Of a stretch of 64,000 nucleotides of DNA, positions 35,801 through 47,800 are shown in pieces. The notes under the pieces were generated by a model that was not told where the DNA came from, ran no database searches, and saw only the letters and a program-made list of their open reading frames with translations. This stretch comes from Pavona decussata (lineage: Eukaryota). The stretch's first letter is position 1; each line of letters begins with the position of its first letter. The translations under genes and the position numbers were made by a program. The stretch spans positions 2,480,001 to 2,544,000 of the forward strand of contig CDRNST010000188.1 of assembly GCA_977016875.1 (NCBI GenBank). Direction: 5' to 3'.

Positions 35801-38800
35801 AAAACGCCGCCGACCTTGGACACGAACAAATAAGCTTTGCAAACGGACTCTGTTCTTATGTTCCTATGTAAAAACAAAACTCGAAAAGGAACGGCCAAAG
35901 TTTGGAGCTTAGCACATTTAGCCTTCTACCAGTGCAGTACTTCTGGACATTTTTAAAGCATCAAGTACAGGAAAAAATTACAAGAAACAGCATACGAACA
36001 GATGTTTTCAAAGTGAAATCAGGCCGTAGGAGATAAAAAAAAAACCGAGTAAAATTGACTTATCGCGACTTGCTCTAAAAGGTCGCCAAAATAGCTCCAA
36101 AACTTTCACTTCTAACAAGTGTGAAAAATTTTCGGTTCGAAGGAAGTGATACGAATTTAAAAGACTAGAGAACAAAACAAGATAATTTGATAAGAGACAT
36201 AATCGTTCAAATGTAAATCAGTAAATGGGCACTTGGAAAAAGCTGGAAGGCGTATATTAGTGTTTTAAATGTTTTGACCGGAAATGGAACTCGCAGAGTC
36301 ACTTATGCTCTCCCACGAATAAAAGAAAGCAAATAGTCAACGCTATGTAGAAAACATCAACTTCAAGTTTTGGAGTAAATTTGTCCAAATAAGTGGATGC
36401 GATTAAAAAAATATATATATTAAAACGCTTTTATAGGAGATTTCTAAAACGGTCTTGCTTAGAATAAATGCTAGGTTTCATTTTGTTCCCCTACCAAATC
36501 CAACTCAAACTCCTGAATGTTGCTAACTGCTAAAGAAAACCTAGAGTGTCGTCACCCACTTAAACCGCTATGCACTATGTTTTTTCTTTTCCCAACAATT
36601 TAATCCTTTCTTTTCTTTTAAGCTATTTTTCGAATTATTCTCCTCTGGCATTGTAAGAAGGAAGGGTCAAGATATAGTTTGAAATGCTTTTCCAAGATAT
36701 AGTAGCCTTTTTTTTTATTCTTATATGAATATGAAGCGATCTTTCTAACTTTTACACGCTAAATCACTTCCTGCACCTGTTCCTTAATAGACTGGATCAA
36801 GTGCCGGACACTGAAAATACCAAATAAAGGGTAGAAAACTCGTGCAACAGAGGACAATTAGGCTTTTCGATCGCGACATGAAATTTTCATGGTTAAGAAA
36901 GCTTTTTGGTCAGACTCCAGTTTTTTAAAGGAGATAGACGGGACAAATGAGCACACAATATCGAAAACCAAAACACAAGTGAAAGAAAACTTATCTTTAT
37001 ATTAAAACGGAAATCTTCTTGGCAAGATAACGTCATGTAATATTGCAGTCGCGTTTAAAAGATTACTATCCAAAAACTTGGCTTCTTTGGCACTGAAAAG
37101 CTTAAGGAGACTTAGGGAACAAATATTTCCAGGTGATAATGGACAAGCCATCAGCACGTTTAAACAATTGCCAATTACGTTTGCCAAAGCAAATAAGGTT
37201 TTTAATTTTTCGCATGAAAATTTGCACAAGGTGTTATTAGTGAGTTGCCGCGAAGGCAATGTGTAAAAAGGCTACAATAACAAACTGCGCTGACGCTGAA
37301 ATTAGTCGGCAAGGTTGTTTTACCTTTTCAATAATCGAGCCACTGATGTGTGTTTTCAACAAAAAAAGGCTAAACTAATCGAATATTCCCCTATGTTTTT
37401 GTATCCAGGGTGTCAACGTTTCACAACGGCATAAGATTCTACGAGCTTGAGGAAACTATCGATACTGAACACAGTTTCTTCACCAGCCTGAGTTGACGAC
37501 AAAGGAACAAAACTTATAAAAAAAATGGCGGACGTAACAAGATGTGGTGGCAATTTAACAAGAGAAAACTGCGACAACGTTTCGCTTGAAATGGGAAGAA
37601 AAGGTGGCGCATTTCTGCACGAAACACAAACAGGCATAGCGGTGATCGTGTTCTTAGCCTTACAAAGTGTGCTTATAATCTGCGCAAATTCGCTTGTGTT
37701 TGTCCTTTTCATAAGCACGAAATACTTACGAACTAAGACCAACTACTGCTTAGCGAGTCTGGCGGCGAGTGACTTGCTCGCTGGACTCGTCTCACTGCCG
37801 CTAGTGCTTATTTGTTCAACGACTTTGGTGCCAGAACTTTGCGTTAGCATGGACCTATGCCAGCGCTTCCTCTCGATTTCCACCATTCTTCATCTGCTAG
37901 TCGCGACATCCGAGCGATACTTCAAGATCAAGAGACCTTTCAAATACAACATCCTAGTCACCAAGCACCGAGTGGTAATCCTATTGCTCGGCGTGTGGAC
38001 TGTTTCTTGCATCGCTTCCTTCATCCAACTCACATGGATCAACATACGGGGGATAAGGACCGAGAGGATAGAAAAATTCGACACCGGTTACGCCATTTTT
38101 TGTTTAGTCGCACTAGCGTTTCTGCCATTTTTCGTCATCGCTTGTATCGATGGCCACATCTTTTACTTCATCCACAAGGAAAAGAAAATGCGCTGTGCTT
38201 TGACCCAAGGGAAACTACTCGATAAAACGGACAAACAGAAAAGAAAGAAACAGAACGATCGCAAAGCAGCGATCATTTATGTAATTATGACCGTTACGTT
38301 CGTTCTGGGATGGTTCCCGTATTTTATTCTCACACTTCTGTTCGATTTAGGTTATATTACAAGTGTGTTTCCCTTCGCTGCTGATATAGTCATGGTGGTT
38401 TTAAAATTCAGCACGGCTCTCATTAATCCTCTCCTTTATACGTTCTTCAAAAGTGACTTCAAGAAAGCGCTTCAAGAAATGCTTGCAAGAGACAAAAGCT
38501 CGGAAGGAAGCAACGAAGTTTTGACCACTACTGTTGTTTGAACCTTGAAGACCCGATATCAAGAAGCGTATTCTCCTCACTGTCCTTCATGATTTTCTTA
38601 TCGTACTAGTTGGGAGTATTTATTGAAACATCAATGTATTTCATGTTTATCTTTGGTGATCAATTCCTTTATTCTCATAAGCTGTATGTTTGATCAGGTG
38701 GTGTTACCGTAAGGAGAAATTGTATGTTGGTCAACATTAGAGCTTACAGAATTAATTGAATGAAGTCTTGCCTTTCGAAAAACTTGCACAACATTGAAAC

Positions 38801-41800
38801 GCAAGATGAACCCAAGAAAAAGTAGACCATTTAAACAGCGAAACTTCAGGCACTTTAATAAATTAAACCGAACTCGAATATTGAACTACCTTGTTTAGCG
38901 TATAAACTGTACCACAGGAAAATACTGTTCATTTGAACGCTCGCGGCAAAGAATTTAGCCAGATTTAAAAAACAGTCCTCAGTAGGACGACAAATCACCG
39001 CTTATTTATTTCTTCACACACCGACGCAAAACTTAGAATTTTAATACCACAGGAAAACAACTACAGCTAAAATGAAATTGCTCCTGGCAATCTTGTTTTA
39101 GTTTCCTTGTTTTTGTTATAAAAGCCAGGTTGTTCCCGCTTAACTGACAGCCACTGGCATATAATTGTAACATCCGAGTTTTATCAAGTCCGTGGATGTA
39201 ATTCTTATGTAGACATGGACATTTTATACGGAACGAAAGCTACCCAGACATGATTGTTTCTTACTCATGGTATTACAAGTACGATTTTGCCAACAAATTG
39301 AATCTAAGCGACCTTTTGTATTAAATTTAAGTTAACTCTTTGGTCACTTAAGGCCGAGACAAATGGCTTCTAAAGTTCAAACAAGAAGCTGGACTTTTTA
39401 CAATACCAGCGGCAATTTTCGCTAGAAGGCGAGGAATTAATAACAATGGTCGGCAATTTTCGCTGGAAGGTGAGGACTTAAATAGTAATGAAACTCGCGC
39501 ATTATTAAGCGATATTTTATTTTCGTTGCCTTTTTTTCAATTTACATTTGTAAGTTAAACATAATTATCGCATATACTGTACCGTACCCTAACATAATAC
39601 TGTAGTTAGTCTTTGAAAGAGGACAACATGGCAACAAATAATCAGAAGCCGCCCTTTTTTCTCAGTTTACTGGATGATGAGCGCCTCAAATCCAGTCTTG
39701 AGGTGAAGTCCAAGACTTTAAGATTGTGACTCAAGCCGTAATTGTAGCACTAGGTATAGCTTTAAAAGCACACTTAAAATAAAGCTTACTTTGTCGAATA
39801 GGTTTTTAACTTTCTGTTACTAACAAAATGTTAGCAGTTACTTTTCTGGGCAATATATCCGATTTGATTTTCTTGCTTTTGTTACGTTTTCTTCTCTCGA
39901 CTCAGCTTTGCAATCATTTTGGCGTTTTTTATTTTATTTCATTTTTTTGTTGTTTTTCTGGAAAAAGCGCAGACTAATTCTTCTCCTCTGTTTTAGACTT
40001 GTACAAGACTTATACAAGCCAACTAATGCGCGAAAAAATAAAAAAACACGTTTACTTCAAAAGAATGAAGTCTCGTTTCTGAGTATTGAAACTGACGTGG
40101 AGTTAAAACAACAACCTGCACACTGCCTTGTTTGAAATTTTTGGAGTGACTAAGAATGTTAGAAAACCAAGCTATCTTAGATATCTGACTGACATTTTTA
40201 GCCAAGATGTGATATTTTAGCTGATAGCATCGAACTGGCAGCTGAAATCTAAAAAGCAAAATTGAGGTATTGACTGCTAACTACCAAAATCTGAATGACT
40301 GGAAGGTGAGATAGTTAAGCTTGTTTTAGCTGATAGTAGTATTCATTGATAGCTAATATATTAACTGTTATCAAATAAGATCGTGATAATTTGCAACCTA
40401 ATCGACGGAAATTGTAAATGAACCGAAAATATCGCCTTTTCTGTTGTTTGAAAACAAGCCTGCTTCGATATTGACTTGACAAGAAGGTTCGGTTCATCAA
40501 GGATGGGGGGGGGGGGGGGGGGGGGGGGACACTTCTCATCGCCTATCAGAGCCAGCTATTTTTCCGTGCACCGTGCAGCCACAAATTTAAATACTGAAAT
40601 GCAAGGCAAGTAATCTGGAAATCAAACGTAAAAGCGGCAGTAGGCATGGGTGTCTTGAGGTGAATTGTAATAAAAGCGTAACCTGTACTGCCTGTCGAGT
40701 GCTGTAAAAACAGTTGCCGTGAATCGTAACAGCTGGCGAAAATTCTAATGACGCCTGTCCTGCCCTGTAATAACGTACTGATCGGAAATCGAATTATAAA
40801 TTCAACAACGCGTTGTCCTTATTTGCAGTAATGCGAGCTGAGGGAAATTGAAAATGACAAATTCTCGTGTTTTAGTTGAACGATCATCATGAACGATCAC
40901 CCTTTTCTTTCTAACATTGTTTAACTTTGTCAATGTTACATTGTTTAGAACTGACACCTTGAACGGATGGACAAACTTATCTGGAATGCGATTATCCAAA
41001 AGGTTTTATTCCTTGATTCGAAGACTTCAACCTTAATTGTAGTACTAGGGAAAGCGGCTTAAACAGCCGATTTAATCAAGCTTGCTATTACTGACACAGT
41101 CAAACTAACTTTCCTTTAGTAAAACAAAATTAGCATATATTTTTGGTGCGCGCGTGTGTGTGTGTGGGCAACACGGCCGGTTTGACGTCGCTTGCTTCCC
41201 TTACTTTTCTTCTCTAGCTTGCAGCAATCGTTTTGGTTCGTGTTTCCGTACATTAAAAGTGTTGCCCGCTTCTACGCAGTGCGTAAATTGCTTTGTTTCG
41301 CAAACTATATTTCTCTTCTGATTACGAATTTTCTAACATGAAAGATTCAAAGAAACTAAAAAGTGTGCGCGGCGAAAACAACGACAGAATATTAAGCTTC
41401 GTCTCTTGGCATTGAAACAGGTGGAAAGTTCAAACAATAAACTGCTAGACGCCTTACTTGAAGAGCAAACGGGCCGACTTGAATTGGATATGATGTCGGC
41501 AAAAATGTCCCCTATACTGAATTAAAGTATTGGCTCAGGATTTTGAACAAGGATACCTTGGCAACCTGAAATTTGCGATGGGTATTTTAGCACAAAGCTG
41601 AGAAATCTGGCTCAAATTTTTAGCGCAGACCTGAAAGTTTCGCCGACAGCATTAACCGACAGCTGGAAAATCTGAAAAAGTGACAGCCAAGATAGTGAAG
41701 TCTGGTTGAATGTACTGAATGATTGCTTACAAGTTTGAATTACTGGTGGCTGCCATCCTGAGATAGGAGAAATGTGAACGATCATCAGATGAGATTGGGA

Positions 41801-44800
41801 AGTTTGAACAAATTGTCGAAATGATAGGAGATAACCGAAAATTGGGCAGCGTCCGCTATTATAACACATCAACTCTGACAGCAACTTGCTAAAAGACGTT
41901 TCTCTCATTGAAGTTACAGCTAAAAGGGGGCGCGAAATTGACAGCGTTTTTCTCCGCCTGTCTCAGCCCACCATTTTTTCGTCCAATCAATAAAATCGAT
42001 TTCAAACAATTGATGGAAACTGCCATCCTGAAAACTGATAAGCAAAACACTACAGAGATCGTATTTGCAATAACGCAGCTTCCGCAGATTATAATCATTC
42101 GTTGTCGTAATTAGTAATAATCCTCACTGTCGGAAATTGTAAGAACACAGTGTCATGTTATGCTTTGTGCACGAAGTGACATTTAAGAGGACTGGAACTC
42201 TTCTGTTCTTTAGCCTGTGAACAGGCTCCCAAGTGGGGTATAACACGAAAAGAAAAATCGGCCAGCTGGACAAGCGGAGCGCGGTATGGGGGCTTTCTTC
42301 CCCCCGCCCCCCACCCCATCTCCGAGCTCGATATTTTGTCTTCACCCTATACCCCACATTTCACAGGCTACAGTTCTTCGTGTGTTTATTTAATTTCTGT
42401 ACTGAGCGTAAAGTCGGCATTATTTCAAAATTCATCGCAAACTTTCAGATAGCTGGCTAAAAGGCGTAGATCGACTAATATTGCGCTCAGTCAGCGTTTG
42501 CGAAATCTCTAAAAGAGCACAAGTGGAAGCAGGATACCCTGTGTATAATTGCGCGTTCCGAAGTTCAAAAGGAGACTGGGGACGAGTTTTTAAATTTTTA
42601 GTTCTATTACAGAGGGTAACAAACCTTTCGCTACTATTTGGTTAGTAAGGGGACAGTAAGCTCTCCTTGAAAGTCTGCCTTTTACAAGTTTCATATTCTC
42701 GTATTTTAAAAAAAATAAGTTCAAATAAATCATTTTATTTAAGCTTCAATGTATTTAGCCCCCTCTTATTGCGGAAAGTCTTCAGATGGAATTGGAATTT
42801 AGAAAAGGCGGTTTTTGAGGAGAGCGGAAAACCGGAGTAACCGGAGATTCGGAGCAAGGACGAGAACCAACAATAAACTCAACCCACATATGACGCCGAG
42901 TCCGGGAATCAAACCCGAGCCAAATTAGTGGGAGGCGAACGCTCTCACCACTACGCCATCCCTGTTCTCCAAAAATTGCTCGACAAAATTGTTTCCATAA
43001 AACTGAAAACTTGTTTACCTTTGACAACCGGACAGGTCCAAATTGTCAAGGAAAACTTGTTAGTGTGGAACTAGCCTATGATGGTTGGTTCACAAGACGG
43101 TCCTTGATATTCATTTCGCCTTCGGCTATGATAGATCAAACATTTATAAGAAGTGATTGACAATTATATTAAACTTCCCAGCCAATTTAAAAACTTATTA
43201 CAAAAACACGACAATGCCCCGTTACAATTTACGACAGCTCAGAACACTGCTAATTATTACAGTGTGTTATTGCAATTTGAAATCGGTACGTTATTACAGA
43301 ATATGACAAGCGCTATTGCAATGAACGACAGCTATTACAAATCAAGACAGCTGTTATTACAATTCAAGATAGGCTTTACAATACACAACCTTATTACAAT
43401 TCACGACAGTACACAAACAGATCGCAGCAATCTCGTACCCAGAGTCCTCGGGCTCTTTGGCCAGCGGTTGGTCGCCAAGATCGACTCCGTGACACTGGAA
43501 TTTTTTCACCGCAAGCTTTTTGCGGTGAAACGATCGAAGTCATTACGGGTCAGAAATCCAAAAAAAAATTTTTTTTTCGAAGACCCCGAGGCTGGACTGG
43601 GGTGACAGACATGCTTCACCATCACAATGCCGACAATATAGACAACTGAAGCATTTCAAACATTTTACAGATGTTTTGCATGCGTTTAACATACGTTTAT
43701 AGTAATGAAAAATCCACTTTGTTTAACGAGGGCGACCCTTGATGGTTTGTTTTGACTGACAACCCTGTGATCCTCAGATTCCGGATCGAATTGGAATTTG
43801 GAAACGCTGGATTTTAAGGAGAGGGGAAAACGGGAATACCCGGAGAAAAACCCTGGGGCAAGACAAGAACCAGCAACAAACTCAACTCATACATGATGCC
43901 GAGAGGTGGAAGGAGAGTGGAAAAATATGTTACCTTGGATTCACGTCATCTGCAAATATCACCAAATGGTTTTCCCGCGCTTTGTACTTGACAACGTGAA
44001 ATGACTCCTGGATATCACTCACAACAATCCGAGTTCCCATCGAGTTTAGACCCATGATAAAGTTGGGAAGTTTCTGAAAATGAAAATACAACGTTGGCGG
44101 TTTTCTATGTATGTACATCTCTCATCCGTAGTTCAAATGTATATAAAACACTTCATATCTTCACTCTCATATACGTATCCTCCACGAGTTCGTTACCCAC
44201 TCACAAAGTGACCAGCTCCCAGTTGACTGGATAGTTCAGTTGGTAGAGCACTGCACCGGTATGAGTTAATTTTTATTTATTTATTTATTTTTTTCACTTT
44301 TCTTTTCTCAAACTGCTCAAGTTGCTTGCATAACTGCGACGTTCTTTCATTTACTCAGATCTTTAAAATACACCGTAGAATTCCGAGCATAAACTCTGAG
44401 CACGCATTTGTTCAAAGAACTTCTAAGGGCACCACGAACTTATATAGGAAGGAATTTAGAATCTGAGAGTTGGCAAGAGCGGGACGGGGGCATATTGGGC
44501 ATTTTAAGGTATGATTTTTCATAGATTTTTTCACACAAATCAAACCGGCAAGAGGTAATGAATTTGATCAGTTGCATGATGACGTAATAGTTACCTGAGT
44601 TCATCCACAGGAATCGAATAATTCGTACAGTACAGCCACAGCTAGTGCTAAAGGAAAAACAGTTCTACCTTATTTTCACATTTTCGTAGTAGCTTCTTCT
44701 TGCCGAGATCGTAGATTCTTAACAGGCGACCAACACCCGCTAAAAGACGGCCCTAAAATCAAAGCAGAAAAATAAATTATTTTATTTTAATGCGTTTAGT

Positions 44801-47800
44801 AAACGATCATTATACTTCAGAAATATTGCACGCGATATCTGGGGTGAGCACAAGTTGAGTTTTGCACAATGTTGCGTATGACGTTGTACCGCGTCCAACT
44901 CGCTCGTTAACTGTCTCTGCCCACAGACGCCCAAAACTCGCCATAAAACGAATAAAATCTCTATAGATGAAAACTGCATGAAGAAAACGTGCAGCTTTAT
45001 TAACGCATCTCTGCGTATCTTCCCAATCCATTCTGTTGCTTGTTTGTTTGTTAGTCTGTTTCTCAATTACTCGTCAAACTGTTCGCTTCTGACAGCTCTC
45101 AACCCATAATTAGATGCAATTTAGACATTCAACGGGATGGATTACTGCTTTTACCATTTTCTACTGCACTAACCTGGAAAGGAGCAAGCGCTCCTGGGAT
45201 ATCATCGACTTCAGTCTGGAAACAAAAAACGTTGAAACACCAATAAATAAATAAATAAACAAATAAATAAATAAATAAATAAATGACGACTTAACGCCAC
45301 GAGATTAGACTTGATAAGAAGAGCTCTCAAACACAATAATGATTATACAATACAATCAAGTCCTTTAAAACTTGTGTTATGGTTGTTCCGGGTTACTACC
45401 AGCTTTAAATCATCAATCAAGTTGCCCTTTATATGTTTTCTTTTTTTCCAAGTTCTTTCTTAAACAAACTATTCTTAAACAAAGGTGGTTTTATTTTAAA
45501 GCGAAAAACAACAAAAGGTATAAATCTTGGTCAACATTTCCTCTTTGAACTGAAATCATCTTTCGAACCCAAAGATGACTTGGGACACAATGCTACAGAC
45601 GTAATTTCTGGATGAAGTGATTAGTTCCAGTTGTGGAGGTTGGATGCCTTCATTAATCTGGCCTTCAACTGGGTCCCAGACACACCCTGGAAAGAGTACC
45701 CACCACTTCCATCAAATACAACAATGGTATTAGACATAGAGACTGTGTCAACCTGACGCATTAGGAAACGTACGGTAAAGATTCCATTAAATTAAGAATA
45801 GCAACCGTACTGTATGGAGGCTGAGTCACTTCACTCCACTTCACTTTTATTTTAGATGCTATCTCGTAAAGATATACATGCACCGTCCGTAAGTACGGAG
45901 TTCAGATGGAGAAAGGGGAAATCATTGGCTTCAAACGAAAGTTTCTGCTTTATTTTAGCGCTTATCTACATATTTTCATGACCGTCCATAATTTTAATTA
46001 TCTCCGTTTCATGTAAGCGATTGCTGTTGAAAAGCCCCTTACGTATTTCATGTATAGTGCGCTCTCCATTGTGAAGATACCAGCAAAGAAATTTATCAAG
46101 ACATATAACAAACTTGCAGAGCCTTGCTTTCGCTGATAACAAAAATTCCCTATGGTTTGCGACATTCCCACTGCCGTCGCCTTCCAGGTAAAGGAGCTTA
46201 GAAGTGGGTAGTCAGGCTCACCTTGTGAACAAATTCCAGCTTGTATCCGCCATCAATCAGCTCCGCTATTTTGTACGTGTGAATGAACCCTCCTGCGCAT
46301 GAGCGTGGGTTCAGAGTCAAGTCTTTAGCGGTGCCGACCAACGCGTAAGTCTCGTCAGGCCGACAAGTGAAGTTACACACGCACACACTGTGAAATGACA
46401 ATAACCGATTCAGATTAACCCAGTAAAAGAACTTCTGAGCGAAATTTGTGATACAGAATTGCTTGCGATCATTGCTAGATATTATTGCAACAGTTATAAT
46501 ACAGAGTAATAAGGGTATAGATTTCTTTTTCTTTTGTAACCTAAAGGATCAACCGTGCGTAAATGAAGTTCACTTGGACTTCGACATGAATTTGCTCGAG
46601 TCAATGAAAATGAGTAAAGTATGCTGTTACTATGATGTGGTTAAAGCGGTATTAATTGAGTGTCGAAAGTAAAATAACTTGCTTTGGTTTCGCTTTATCA
46701 AGCTCTGTAACTGATAAAGAAAAACAAAAAGCCTTAAAAATAATACAGGAAACCAAATCAAAAGAAAAAACAAAACATAACATTTCGCATCATTTCCTCA
46801 ACCAATTCTAAAGTGGTAAAACTGAAAGTGCTATATAATAATATTCCGCAGAAAGTTGCCCACCCGACCCAGTATCACTATATATCGGGTTTTTCTTTCT
46901 TGTACCTACAGGACGATAAAATAAAATCTGACTCATTAAAACACTCGGTAGTCGACTGCATAACCTCTCCGCATCACATAAACATAATACAAACCTGACA
47001 GCAGATTCGTTTTGTTCCAGTCGTACCTCGTCAATAGTTTCACCCTAACCAAAAATAATAAAGGGTTAATGTACAAGAAACTGACAAACGCTATACCAAA
47101 GGTAAGATGAACAGCATTTTAAGAAGGTACTTGCTTACTTAATTAAGGTCTTTGGAGGTATAGAGAAATTGCACAAATAGCTGTGATGCTCGACCACTTG
47201 AAAAAATACCACCCTGGTTCTAGATCTCGTGTCCTACTCTATTACAAGTTAGCCTGGAAATGATTTTCAGCCACCTGTAAATGAGAAAACTTCACCGCGC
47301 AGGCGCATCAATAAGAACTGATCTACGCTACCTTGATGGGATCCAGCATTCTCAGAATTGAGGCCCACATGCCAGGCCCTGCCTTAGGTGCGCCAAACTG
47401 CTGTTCAGAGAGATCCTCATTGAGAAATTCAGCCGCCATTTGTGCTGCAAGCTCCTTTTCGTCATCACCGGCCGCTTCCACCATTTCCTGTACAAAAGAA
47501 GCAAGGATGAAAATGTTTGAGAAACTGGTGATTGGATTGAAACTGGTGAAGGATACTTTGGTCATTTTAAAATCTACGATGTTACAAGAGGGATAACTAC
47601 GTTTATACCCGGCCCTCTTCTACTAATAATCGTAGAGTCGATTATGGACAACTCAAATCTTTCATGAACACAGGGAAAAATGTGTAATCTAACAAAAGGT
47701 TATACTGCGGTAATAAAGTGTAACAAGAAATAAATATATTGCTACTCTATTTAGTTTCGTTAATCCAGGATTAGCTTAATCGGGGTTTGGCCCTCTATCC

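Noticed and set aside
43153-43605. 150-aa plus-strand ORF
   Set aside because: It runs across two adjacent repeats (TATTACAA tandem units and a CAATCTCGTACCCAGAG MITE) and has no protein-like features.
44225-44265. tRNA gene
   Set aside because: Only a D-arm/A-box-like half is present, with no T arm or acceptor stem; it is part of a repeat.
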